This document shows, in pieces, positions 1-11,760 of a stretch of 64,000 nucleotides of DNA. The translations under genes and the position numbers were made by a program. This DNA comes from Macrostomum lignano (lineage: Eukaryota). Position 1 is the stretch's first letter, and each line of letters opens with the position of its first letter. The stretch lies in contig NIVC01003827.1 in the NCBI GenBank assembly GCA_002269645.1, positions 10,906 through 74,905 of the forward strand, given 5' to 3'. Below the pieces are notes generated by a model, which searched no databases, was not told where the DNA came from, and saw only the letters and a program-made list of their open reading frames with translations.

Positions 1-640
1 ATCAGCCAAACTGCTTGTCGCTATTCCAGCACTGGCTGCACTTCTCTCTGTCTGTCTTTTCAGCGGCCTTGCCACTCGGCAGGCTCGGAAAAAACCTCCG
101 GCTAAAAAATGCCCCCCCCTTGCTGGGTAGCAACAGAATTGCCGCTACTCTCAAAACACTGCGACACGCGATGTCCTCATTTCGAATCCCCATTCTCTGT
201 CTTTGAGTGGTCGATTTCTGAAGTGCTCAAAGTGATAGACACGTGCGACCGCTTCTGTTTGATCTGCAGGTTCGAATTTATTGTAAGAGCGAATGATTGT
301 GGTGTGATTAACTGGGTCTAAAAGACTATTCGGTTTGAGATAATTGTGGGTAGGATATTCCATGCATCATAGTAGCGTTTTATCCCTGAATCCGGTAGAG
401 TGTACAGGGTACAATACGAGCTACAAGTACACGAGTCCTTACTCAGGTAACAGCTGTCGGCTTTCCGGAATCTGGGGCGTCAGGACGCTGGGCCACTAAC
501 CAAATTTAGCTAGGTGTTATATTACGCTTATTAGTTTAATTAAATTTGCACCGCACAATGGGCTTGGGTCCCAGTGGGTCAGTAAAATCGCGACTAAAAA
601 GCCAGACCACCACGCCTCCCGACCGGCCCTACCCCACGCC

Positions 641-704
641 AGCCAATCACACCGCGGGAGGGGGAGAGAGAGAAACTGAGCCTGCTGCCTGGCCCAGCCA
701 ATGA
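641..704 (+). promoter_or_regulatory. Two CCAAT boxes in a GC-rich stretch about 570-630 bp upstream of the GPCR ATG
   Basis: AGCCAATCA at 641-649 and AGCCAATGA at 696-704 match the NF-Y consensus. Motif match only; function not shown. Confidence 0.3.
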
Positions 705-793
705 GGACTCTGCGGCTCTCAGCGCCAAAGCTAAAGACGAAAGCAATACAAGACGCATGGGAGTTGATAGACAGGCGCACTGAGTCGTGTGGC

Positions 794-1021
794 ATTTCAG
801 GTAATTTGCACAGGATATTCCAGGTATTTAAGATGGAAATTCCAGGCATTAAAGATAGGACATTCCAGGTATTTTGGGTCAGGATATTCCAGTATTTAGG
901 ACTGGACATTCCAGGTATTTTGGGACCGGGATACTCCAGGTAATTTATGTAGGAGATTCCAGGTATTTATTTAGTAGATAATGTAGATTCCAGGTAATTT
1001 ATTTAGGAGATTCCAGGTATT
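794..1021. repeat. Degenerate repeat of ATTCCAGGTA (about 10 copies, irregular spacing)
   Basis: attccaggta and close variants recur from 794 to 1021, separated by short variable linkers. Confidence 0.75.
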
Positions 1022-1273
1022 TCGGCGGGGAAAATTATTACTAGGCTTTGAGAACCGGGGCTTCTGAAGCACTTTATACTCGATAGTTTACCAGATGCTC
1101 AAGTTATCCCTAAGCCAGCGCAGTCCACAGCAGCATCACTCTCTGCAGATAAATGCTTCATAAAGCCGGAGTTCGCTAGCCAATGAACGAACTCCCTGTC
1201 TGCCAATGCCTGCGGGGCTGCACTGATATTATGGAGCGACAGTCGCTGCTGCAGCAGAACAGCTCCTAAAGAG

Positions 1274-2452
1274 ATGGCAAGCTCGGCTGCTGACGTCAAC
1301 AACTGCACGGAGCACTCGGTACTCGGCTCCCCGGGCGCGGCGCAGGCCTCCCTCATCTTCTACGCCTGCCTCGGCTTCATCGGGGTCGTTGGCAACGCGC
1401 ACGTCATGCTGGTGTTCCGGTCAAGCCGGGAGCGCAGCCTCCGCTTCCTTGTGCTGTTTCTGAGCTGCCTGGACCTGGGCATCTCGGGCCTCATCCTGCC
1501 CCTGGACTGCTACCGGGTGTACTCGGAGTTCGCCACGAGGGGCCGCCTACCCTGGCACTTCCTGGGCACCGTGATTCTCTCCTCAAGACAGGCGGCCTTC
1601 GAGCTGGAAGGCTGCGTGCTGGTGCTGATCGCCGTGGACCGCTTCCTGTGCGTGGTGAAGGCGCGGCAGGAAGGCCTCTCCTACAGGCGCACCGCGGCCG
1701 CCCTGCTCGCCAGCGCCGCCGCCGTGGTTGCCTTGGAAACCAGCATCGTGGTCACGCACTACGTCATCGAGGACGACTGCGAGTTGAAGACAAAACTGGA
1801 GACCTCCCTGCTGGTGTTCTACGGCGCCCTGGGCACGTGCTCGATCGCGCTGGTGGCCGGCCTGTACGCCAGGATCCTCTCCTTCGTGGCCGCCATGGAG
1901 CGGCGCAGGTCTCACCGTCGGAAGCGCGCGCGCCAGACTCTGAGCAGCCTGACCATGCAGCCACGCGGCCGGCCGCGGGCCACCCTCGGCAGCAGCACCG
2001 GGGCGGCGCCGTCGCAGTCGCCGGCGAACGCGGCCACGCCGATTGCCGAGACGGCGGAGGCAGCCGCGCTGGCCGAGGAGGCGCCCTTGAACAACGGGCA
2101 TGAGCCGCCGCGCTGCCCGCTGGTGCAGTTCAGCCTCGATGTCCAGCCGACGGCGGCGGAGGGCAACGCCGGCGACGACTCGGATGCTCCGGTCGGGTGT
2201 GCAGAGCCGCGCGGGCCGTCCCCGGTGGCCTGGTTCCCGCTGCGCCTCGCCCTGATGTTGTTCGGCGCCTCCGTGCTGTTCTACCTCAGCCTCCTGCCGG
2301 GCATCCTCATCAACTTCAGCATCATCAGCGACTCGCCGCTGCACCGCCTCTACTACCTGAACTCCTCCCTGAACTTTGCCGTGTACGCGCTGTTCAACCC
2401 CAAATTCAGGTCCGACCTGCGCGGCCTGTACTTGAAACGGTGCGGGCTGTGA
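1274..2452 (+). CDS. Intronless class A (rhodopsin-like) orphan GPCR, 392 aa
   Basis: Seven hydrophobic segments with class A motifs: TM1 GVVGN, TM2 LSCLD, TM3 IAVDRF (DRY variant), TM5 LYARI, TM6 FYLSLLP, TM7 LNSSLNFAVY (NPxxY variant), helix 8 FNPKFR. Long low-complexity ICL3. Strong G/C-ending codon bias. Confidence 0.92.
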   Translation: MASSAADVNNCTEHSVLGSPGAAQASLIFYACLGFIGVVGNAHVMLVFRSSRERSLRFLVLFLSCLDLGISGLILPLDCYRVYSEFATRGRLPWHFLGTVILSSRQAAFELEGCVLVLIAVDRFLCVVKARQEGLSYRRTAAALLASAAAVVALETSIVVTHYVIEDDCELKTKLETSLLVFYGALGTCSIALVAGLYARILSFVAAMERRRSHRRKRARQTLSSLTMQPRGRPRATLGSSTGAAPSQSPANAATPIAETAEAAALAEEAPLNNGHEPPRCPLVQFSLDVQPTAAEGNAGDDSDAPVGCAEPRGPSPVAWFPLRLALMLFGASVLFYLSLLPGILINFSIISDSPLHRLYYLNSSLNFAVYALFNPKFRSDLRGLYLKRCGL

Positions 2453-2662
2453 CTGGCTGGGACCACGGATCTCTGATAGCCTGGCTGGGATCACGGATCT
2501 CTGATGGCCTGGCTGGGATCACGGATATCTGATAGCCTGGCTGGGATCACGGATCTCTGATGGCCTGGCTGGGATCACGGATCTCTGATAGCCTGGCTGG
2601 GATCTCAGATCTCTGATAGCCTGGCTGGGATCTCAGATCTCTGATAGCCTTGCTGGGATCAC
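2453..2662. repeat. 28-bp minisatellite (CTGGCTGGGATCACGGATCTCTGATAGC), about 7 copies, starting right after the GPCR stop
   Basis: ggctggga at 2483 and 2511 gives period 28; the first unit abuts the TGA at 2450-2452. Confidence 0.95.
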
Positions 2663-3251
2663 AAATCAAAGATCACAAACGGACTGAGATATCACAAACG
2701 CAACAGACCTATTTTCATAACTAAAAATGTTGTTTTTAATATGAGCACCATTGAACTCACTCTCAATTCTTCATCCCTGTCACCGCCCTAGATGCAGCGA
2801 AAGTCCTTCGGTTTTGTCACCATCAACACCCCCTTGACCTAATTTTTTTATTGACTTTTCAAGCCGAAAATTGCTAGTCGAGTACACAGGAACACCAGTG
2901 CTTGAACCGTGAGTCTGCGGCTGTATTGTCTTCATCATTCGCCATATGTGAATTTCCTACTGAGTAATCGCTAATTACTATATGTCCAAATGATGGAGTG
3001 AGACACCTGAGCCCGTGTCCATCCCGCCCAACATCTCAGATTCCCAAAGCAGTTTTCCATACAGGTTTCATCATTCAACTCAAAACAGGCCCCAGGAAAT
3101 GTGCAGTCGCTCACCTGGGCGGGGCCGCACTTTCCTGTTGTCCAATTTGCAAACACGTGACTTCATTGCGACTCCCTTCTGCGTCCCTCACTCTGAATGT
3201 AGAATAACTCTGCACTTCCCCATATGGGCAACTTCTGACTCGATTATATGA

Positions 3252-3722
3252 CACTGTATGTCACTCAGATTGGCGGTGTATGTCACTCAGATTGGCGGTG
3301 TATGTCACTCAGATTGGCGGTGTATGTCACTCAGATTGGCGGTGTATGTCACTCAGATTGGCACTGCGTATGTCACTCAGATTGGCACTGTGTATGTCAC
3401 TCAGATTGTCTGTCACTCAGACTGTATGTCACTCAGACTGTATGTCACTCAGACTGTATGTCACTCAGACTGTATGTCACTCAGACTGTATGTCACTCAG
3501 ACTGTATGTCACTCAGATTGTATGCCACTCAGACTGTATGTCGCTCAGACTGTATGTCACTCAAACTGTATGTCACTCAGACTGTATGTCACTCAGACTG
3601 TATGTCGCTCAGACTGTATGTCACTCAGACTGTATGTCACTCAGACTGTATGTCACTCAGACTGTATGTCGCTCAGACTGTATGTCACTCAGACTGTATG
3701 TCACTCAGACTGTATGTCGCTC
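3252..3722. repeat. Compound minisatellite: 22-bp TGTATGTCACTCAGATTGGCGG switching to 16-bp TGTATGTCACTCAGAC
   Basis: About 7 copies of the 22-mer, then about 19 copies of the 16-mer, sharing TGTATGTCACTCAGA. Confidence 0.95.
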
Positions 3723-4065
3723 CAATGTCCCGTTCATCGACCGACTACACCCCAGTCAGGCTTCCCTCGTTATTGCTTCTTTAAACAAGCGGCTGAAACA
3801 AAAATTTGGATGAAATTTCCCCAAGAATCGCTGTCCAGGAGTCACAAAAATGTGAGCCCAAATCGAAAAATTTCTGCGCACTTTGTGCTCAGAAAGCTCG
3901 CTGTAGCATTGCAGCGGGATGGCTGACCGGGAGCCGAGCTTGACAGCAGCGGAGGCTGAACTCGAAAATAAAATTTCACTGAGCAGAGAGTGATTAAACT
4001 TGTTGTGCATTTGATGATGAGCGCTGCTGGAGGCTGGAAATGCTTTCCGCAATGCTTACAGATTT

Positions 4066-7000
4066 GAGAGTCCTTGTTATCCATTTGGGTGTCCCTGTGA
4101 TCCAGATGGGTGTCCCTGTGATCCATTTGGGTGTCCCTGTGATCCAGATGGGTGTCCCTGTGATCCATTTGGGTGTCCCTGTGATCAATTTGGGTGTCCC
4201 TGTGATCCATTTGGGTGTCCCTGTGATCCATTTGGGTGTCCCTGTTATCCATTTGGGTGTCCCTGTGATCCAGATGGGTGTCCCTGTGATCCATTTGGGT
4301 GTCCCTGTGATCCATTTGGGTGTCCCTGTGATCCATTTGGGTGTCCCTGTGATCCAGATGGGTGTCCCTGTGATCCGGATGGGTGTCCCTGTGATCCATT
4401 TGGGTGTCCCTGTGATCCAGATGGGTGTCCCTGTGATCCAGATGGGTGTCCCTGTGATCCGGATGGGTGTCCCTGTGATCCAGATGGGTGTCCCTGTGAT
4501 CCAGATGGGTGTCCCTGTGATCCATTTGGGTGTCCGTGTGATCGATTTGGGTGTCCCTGTGATCCATTTGGGTGTCCCTGTGATCCAGATGGGTGTCCCT
4601 GTGATCCATTTGGGTGTCCCTGTGATCCAGATGGGTGTCCCTGTGATCCATTTGGGTGTCCCTGTGATCCATTTGGGTGTCCCTGTGATCCATTTGGGTG
4701 TCCCTGTGATCCATTTGGGTGTCCCTGTGATCCATTTGGGTGACCCTGTGATCCAGATGGGTGTCCCTGTGATCCAGATGGGTGTCCTTGTGATCCGGAA
4801 GGGTGTCCCTGTGATCCATTTGGGTGTCCCTGTGATCCATTTGGGTGTCCCTATGATCCATTTGGGTGTCCCTGTGATCCATTTGGGCGTCCCTGTGATC
4901 CATTTGGGTGTCCCTGTGATCCATTTGGGTGTCCGTGTGATCCAGATGGGTGTCCCTGTGATCCATTTGGGTGTCCCTGAGATCCGGATGACTTTGTGAT
5001 CCATTTGGGTGTCCCTGTGATTCGGATGACCCTGTGATCCAGATGGGTGTCCCTGTGATCCATTTGGGTGTCCCTGTGATCCATTTGGGTGTCCCTGTCA
5101 TCCATTTGGGTGTCCCTGTGATCCAGATGGGTGTCCCTGTGATCCGGATGGGTGTCCCTGTGATCCAAATGGGTGTCCCTGTGATCCAGATGGGTGTCCC
5201 TGTGATCCAGATGGGTGTCCCTGTGATCCAGATGGGTGTCCCTGTGATCCATTTGGGTGCCCCTGTGATCCAGATGGGTGTCCCTGTGATCCATTTGGGT
5301 GTCCCTGTGATTCATTTGGGTGTCCCTGTGATCCAGATGGGTGTCCCTGTGATCCAGATGGGTGTCCCTGTGATCCATTTGGGTGTCCGTGTGATCCGGA
5401 TGGGTGTCCCTGTGATCCAGATGGGTGTCCCTGTGATCCGGATGGGTGTCCCTGTGATCCAGATGGGTGTCCCTGTGATCCAGATGGGTGTCCCTGTGAT
5501 CCAGATGGGTGTCCCTGTGATCCAGATGCGTGTCCCTGTGATCCATTTGGGTGTCCCTGTGATCCAGATGGGTGTCCCTGTGATCCATTTGGGTGTCCCT
5601 GTGATTCGGATGGGTGTCCCTGTGATCCATTTGGGTGTCCCTGTGATCCAGATGGGTGTCCCTGTGATCCATTTGGGTGTCCCTGTGATCCAGATGGGTG
5701 TCCCTGTGATCCATTTGGGTGTCCCTGTGATCCATTTGGGTGTCCCTGTGATCCATTTGGGTGTCCCTGTGATCCATTTGGGTGTCCCTGTGATCCATTT
5801 GGGTGACCCTGTGATCCAGATGGGTGTCCCTGTGATCCAGATGGGTGTCCTTGTGATCCGGAAGGGTGTCCCTGTGATCCATTTGGGTGTCCCTGTGATC
5901 CATTTGGGTGTCCCTGTGATCCATTTGGGTGTCCCTGTGATTCATTTGGGTGTCCCTGTGATCCAGATGGGTGTCCCTGTGATCCAGATGGGTGTCCCTG
6001 TGATCCATTTGGGTGTCCCTGTGATCCATTTGGGTGTCCCTGTGATCCAGATGGGTGTCCCTGTGATCCATTTGGGTGTCCCTGTGATCCATTTGGGTGT
6101 CCCTGTGATCCATTTGGGTGTCCCTGTGATCCAGATGGGTGTCCCTGTGATCCAGATGGGTGTCCCTGTGATCCAGATGGGTGTCCCTGTGATCCATTTG
6201 GGTGTCCGTGTGATCCGAATGGGTGTCCCTTTGATCCGGATGTCCCTGTGATCCAGATGGGTGTCCCTGTGATCCATTTGGGTGTCCCTGTGATCCAGAT
6301 GGGTGTCCCTGTGATCCATTTGGGTGTCCTTGCGACCTATTTGGGTGTCCCTGTGATCCAGATGGGTGTCCCTGTAATCCATTTGGGTGTCCCTGTGATC
6401 CAGATGGGTGTCCCTGTAATCCATTTGGGTGTCCCTGTGATCCAGATGGGTGTCCCTATAATCCATTTGGGTGTCCCTGTGATCCGTTTGGGAGTCCGTG
6501 TGATCCGGATGGGTGTCCCTTTGATCCGGATGTCCCTGTGATCCAGATGGTCGTCCCTGTGATCCATTTGGGTGTCCCTGTGATCCGGATGAGTGTCCCT
6601 GTGATCCGGATGGGTGTCCCTGTGATCCAGATGGGTGTCCGTGTGATCCAGATGGGTGTCCCTGTGATCCAGATGGGTGTCCCTGTGATCCATTTGGGTG
6701 TCCCTGTGATCCAGATGGTCGTCCCTGTGATTCATTTGGGTGTCCCTGTGATCCAGATGGTCGTCCCTGTGATCCATTTGGGTGTCCCTGTGATCCATTT
6801 GGGTGTCCTTGCGACCTATTTGGGTGTCCCTGTGATCCATTTGGGTGTCCCTGTGATCCAGATGGGTGTCCCTGTGATCCATTTGGGTGTCCCTGTGATC
6901 CATTTGGGTGTCCCTGTGATCCATTTGGGTGTCCCTGTGATCCAGATGGGTGTCCCTGTGATCCGGATGTCCCTGTGATCCAGATGGTCGTCCCTGTGAT

Positions 7001-7490
7001 TCATTTGGGTGTCCCTGTGATCCAGATGGGTGTCCCTGTGATTCATTTGGGTGTCCCTGTGATCCATTTGGGTGTCCTTGCGACCTATTTGGGTGTCCCT
7101 GTGATCCATTTGGGTGTCCCTGTGATCCATTTGGGTGTCCCTGTGATCCTTTGGGTGTCCGTGTGATCCAGATGGGTGTCCCTGTGATCCATTTGGGTGT
7201 CCCTGTGATCCGGATGGGTGTCCCTGTGATCCGGATGACCCTGTGATCCAGATGGGTGTCCCTGTGATCCGGATGGGTGTCCCTGTGATCCAGATGGGTG
7301 TCCCTGTGATCCATTTGGGTGTCCGTGTGATCCGGATGGGTGTCCCTGTGATCCGGATGACCCTGTGATCCAGATGGGTGTCCCTGTGATCCGGATGGGT
7401 GTCCCTGTGATCCAGATGGGTGTCCCTGTGATCCGGATGGGTGTCCCTGTGATCCAGATGGGTGTCCCTGTGATCCGGATGGGTGTCCCT
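4066..7490. repeat. 21-bp minisatellite GGGTGTCCCTGTGATCCA(TTT/GAT), about 160 copies
   Basis: Period 21 (7-aa repeats in the ORF track), two main variants interspersed, occasional truncated units. Confidence 0.98.
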
Positions 7491-7982
7491 TGCAAAATTT
7501 CGAGTACTGAGAACTTAGCTTGCTCAGCTGAGGCCCCGAACTGCTTCTGTCTGCATTGGCAAAAATAAATTACTATTTTTAGGCTAGAAAAATTAAGAAC
7601 AAAACTTTTGTAGGGCAAGCTCGGCTTTGAGAGCTCTGCTACCCAAGCAGACTGCAGGTGATAAGATATGGTTTTATTGCCACCTGATGCCTGGGTGGCT
7701 TGCACTCTGAATACTTTATTAAACTCGTTAGTCTGTGCAAAGTGGAACTGGGTAGTTTATAAAGTGGTTATCTCTGAAAAGTACTTTTATGATTTTTAAC
7801 TTTATTTGAATAGAATCTGGAATTTTGAAGCTGGACTACTGATAGTAATATATTTCTCTAATCGATCACATAGATAGAGACCTACCTACCTTCCGACAAA
7901 CCATTTTTAGTATGTTACGAGCGTAGATTAGTATTGGTAGATATGCTCGTAACAGTCTCCATGCGATACAGTGAGAAGAAAA

Positions 7983-9257
7983 ATAGATAAGATGTGATAG
8001 ATGCGGCTCTGCAATTTGATAGATAAGGCTCTACAATGTGATAGATAAGGCTCTGCAATGTGATAGATGCGGCTCTGCAATTTGATAGATAAGGCTCTGC
8101 AATGTGATAGATAAGGCTCTGCAATGTGATAGATGCGGCTCTGCAATTTGATAGATAAGGCTCTACAATGTGATGGATGCGGCTCTGCAATTTGATAGAT
8201 AAGGCTCTACAATGTGATAGATAAGGCTCTGCAATGTGATAGATGCGGCTCTGCAATTTGATAGATAAGGCTCTACAATGTGATAGATAAGGCTCTGCAA
8301 TGTGATAGATGCGGCTCTGCAATTTGATAGATAAGGCTCTGCAATGTGATAGATAAGGCTCTGCAATGTGATAGATGCGGCCCTGCAATGTGATAGATAA
8401 GGCTCTGCAATGTGATAGATAAGGCTCTGCAATGTGATAGATGCGGCTCTGCAATTTGATAGATAAGGCTCTGCAATGTGATGGATGCGGCTCTGCAATT
8501 TGATAGATAAGGCTCTACAATGTGATAGATAAGGCTCTGCAATGTGATAGATAAGGCTCTGCAATGTGATAGATAAGGCTCTGCAATGTGATAGATGCGG
8601 CTCTGCAATTTGATAGATAAGGCTCTGCAATGTGATAGATAAGGCTCTGCAATGTGATAGATGCGGCTCTGCAATTTGATAGATAAGGCTCTGCAATGTG
8701 ATAGATAAGGCTCTGCAATGTGATAGATGCGGCCCTGCAATGTGATAGATAAGGCTCTGCAATGTGATAGATAAGGCTCTGCAATGTGATAGATGCGGCT
8801 CTGTAATGTGATAGATAAGGCTCTGCAATGTAATAGATAAGGCTCTGCAATGTGATAGATAAGGCTCTGCAATGTGATAGATAAGGCTCTGCAATGTGAT
8901 AGATAAGGCTCTGCAATGTGATAGATAAGGCTCTGCAATGTGATAGATAAGGCTCTGCAATGTGATAGATAAGGCTCTGCAATGTGATAGATAAGGCTCT
9001 GCAATGTGATAGATAAGGCTCTGCAATGTGATAGATAAGGCTCTGCAATGTGATAGATAAGGCTCTGCAATGTGATAGATAAGGCTCTGCAATGTGATAG
9101 ATAAGGCTCTGCAATGTGATAGATAAGGCTCTGCAATGTGATAGATAAGGCTCTGCAATGTGATAGATAAGGCTCTGCAATGTGATAGATAAGGCTCTGC
9201 AATGTGATAGATAAGGCTCTGCAATGTGATAGATAAGGCTCTGCAATGTGATAGATA
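7983..9257. repeat. 22-bp minisatellite TGATAGAT(AA/GC)GGCTCTGCAATG, about 58 copies
   Basis: Period 22; heterogeneous 5' half, homogeneous 3' half. Confidence 0.98.
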
Positions 9258-9565
9258 GGGGCGGCGCTCTGTTAATAATTCAAAATTCAGTTAGACGAAA
9301 AAAAGTTGCTTTCAAGAAAAAACCCAATGGTTCCCAGCGGTGACAATTTGTCTGGATTGCAACATATTGCCGTAAATGGGATGAGCTTGCCAACTTGCCA
9401 GAAATTGTCCTAAGCTTTACTTTGGCGGAAACATTATTTAAAAAAAATTAATCGAGTTATCAATTTGTGTTACTTGAGCTCATATTGCTCTGTCCAATCT
9501 AAACAAAATCTGATTTCACTTCTCAACCAAGGCATCCACGATTCTTAAAAATTGAATTGGTTCCG

Positions 9566-11760
9566 TCACGGCGAAATGCTGACCATGAGTTTGAGCTCCT
9601 TCATCGGAACATCGCCTGTCGGGAGTTTCCAAAACATGTTCTGCCTGTGGTGGATGTACACATTCGAGTAGATGCCTGTTGGGTTCGGCTTCATGCAACC
9701 GTTATACCACCAGCCACCGCCGCCTCTCACGCGGGAGCAATGCGCACTTGACACAACATCATTTTCAGCATCTAAAGTGGAGAACTGCATTCCTGAGTGG
9801 TAAATCATCGCATCGTGATTGACGCTGCAGCGGTCGCTGAGAAACGGAGCCACCGTCAGAGTGTAGTTGGTGAGCTGGCTCTGCACCATGAAGTTCGGGT
9901 GCTCGCAGAAGTAGCTGACATTGTCCCAGGAGGTCATCTCCACCCTCAGCTTCTCGGATCCGCTTGCGGTGAGAGCGTGGAGGGACCGGAGGCCTGGAGA
10001 GGTCAGGGTGACTTGTCCAGTACATCACTCATGACTCTCCATCACCAGCTCTGCTCATGACTCACCCATCACCAGCTCTGCTCATGACTCACCCATCACC
10101 AGCTCTGCTTATGACTCACCCATCACCAGCTCTGCTCATGACTCACCCATCACCAGCTCTGCTCATGACTCACCCATCGCCAGCTCTGCTCATGACTCAG
10201 CCATCACCAGCTCTGCTCATGACTCACCCATCACCAGCTCTGCTCATGACTCGACCATCACCAGCTCTGCTCATGACTCATCCATCACCAGCTCTGCTCA
10301 TGACTCACCCATCACCAGCTCTGCTCATGACTCATCCATCGCCAGCTCTGCTCATGACTCACCCATCGCCAGCTCTGCTCATGACTCAGCCATCACCAGC
10401 TCTGCTCATGACTCACCCATCACCAGCTCTGCTCATGACTCATCCATCACCAGCTCTGCTCATGACTCAGCCATCACCAGCTCTGCTCATGACTCATCCA
10501 TCACCAGCTCTGCTCATGACTCACCCATCACCAGCTCTGCTCATGACTCATCCATCGCCAGCTCTGCTCATGACTCACCCATCGCCAGCTCTGCTCATGA
10601 CTCACCCATCCACCAATTCTCCGAGTTGCCGAAGCCGCTCTCGTACTCAGCCCACGTCCGGTTGAACAGAACCGAGTTGCTGACGCGCTGCATGAACACG
10701 CAGTAGCGACTGTCCTCAACGACGGCCTGCTTTGGACAGGGCTCTGAAATGGGGTGGGTGCGGCTCTGCAATGGGGTGGGTTCGGCTCTGAAATGGGGTG
10801 GGTGCGGCTCTGCAATGGGGTGGGTGCGGCTCAGCAATGGGGTGGGTGCGGCTCTGCAATGGGGTGGGTGCGGCTCTGCAATGGGGTGGGTGCGGCTCTG
10901 CAATGGGGTGGGTTCGGCTCTGCAATGGGGTGGGTGCGGCTCTGCAATGGGGTGGGTGCGGCTCTGCAATGGGGTGGGTGCGGCTCTGCAATGGGGTGGG
11001 TGCGGCTCTGCAATGGGGTGGGTGCGGCTCTGCAATGGGGTGGGTTCGGCTCTGAAATGGGGTGGGTGCGGCTCTGCAATGGGGTGGGTGCGGCTCTGCA
11101 ATGGGGTGGGTGCGGCTCTGCAATGGGGTGGGTGCGGCTCTGCAATGGGGTGGGTTCGGCTCTGCAATGGGGTGGGTGCGGCTCTGCAATGGGGTGGGTG
11201 CGGCTCTGCAATGGGGTGGGTGCGGCTCTGCAATGGGGTGGGTGCAGCTCTGCCCTTTGGTTGTCTCAGTGTTACAGTCCAGTGATCTCATCGAAAATCA
11301 ACCTGAGCTTCACCTGTCGAGTAGCAGGTGTCGGTGAGCTCATCGAAGGAGCTGCGAGTCTCCGAGGTCTCAGAGCCCCAGCAGTCGATCGGCCTGTCGG
11401 CCATGCAGCATCTCTGATGCAGCTGGTGGAAGTCGAACCACCTGCAGGTTTTCCACGCGGTGCACAAGGTCGCGCACTCGATGAAGCTGCGAGCGGCCAC
11501 CTGAGACGATGAGGCAGCTGCCGGTGTCTCAGGAGTCGTAGCACCTTGCCGCTTCATCTTGAAGCTGCAGGTGTCTGCAAGTTTAGATTCAGGTTATCTG
11601 CTGTGCATGAAGCGCCACTGCGGGCTGCCAAGAGCAATGAACAAATGAGTGAAATGAACAACTCACAGGCAGTCGCGTGAGTTCCTAACTGCAGAAGCAG
11701 TGCGGCTGTCTCGATCATCAAGAAGACACGCGAATTTGTGCTCAGTTCGATGTGTGCCAT
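9566..11760 (-). CDS. Secreted PAN/apple + fibrinogen-related domain (FReD) protein, copy A, 306 aa, 4 exons
   Basis: Exons 11760-11667 (signal peptide ..ETAALLLQLGTHATA), 11574-11314 (PAN-like SFIECATLC..C.WFDF..C), 10743-10606 (FMQRVSNSVLFNRTWAEYESGFG..WWMG), 9993-9566 (LHALT..LRVEM..GMQFSTLDAEND..C..GGWWYNGC..NPTG). All GT-AG, all phase 1, total 921 nt. Confidence 0.88.
10028..10610. repeat. 27-bp minisatellite filling intron 3 of FReD copy A (about 21 copies); units carry the splice donor
   Basis: + unit CTCATGACTCACCCATCACCAGCTCTG; on the coding strand most units read GATGG|GTGAGTCATG, as at the true donor at 10606/10605. Confidence 0.95.
10744..11252. repeat. 22-bp minisatellite filling intron 2 of FReD copy A (about 23 copies); units carry an acceptor-like CAG
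   Basis: + unit GGGTGGGTGCGGCTCTGCAATG; the coding strand reads CCCACCCCATTGCAG|AGCC. Confidence 0.95.

Noticed and set aside
1583-2494. 303-aa antisense ORF over the GPCR
   Set aside because: Expected shadow of a GC3-rich sense CDS; no motifs.
3842-9246. Long ORFs of 300-450 aa (DHRDTQM, ITGTPKW, GVPVIHL, QSLIYHIAEP repeats)
   Set aside because: They are translations of 21- and 22-bp minisatellites lacking stops in some frames, with non-ATG starts, no unique coding flanks and no splice context. The same applies to ORFs over 12.5, 18-20, 26, 40-45 and 49 kb.
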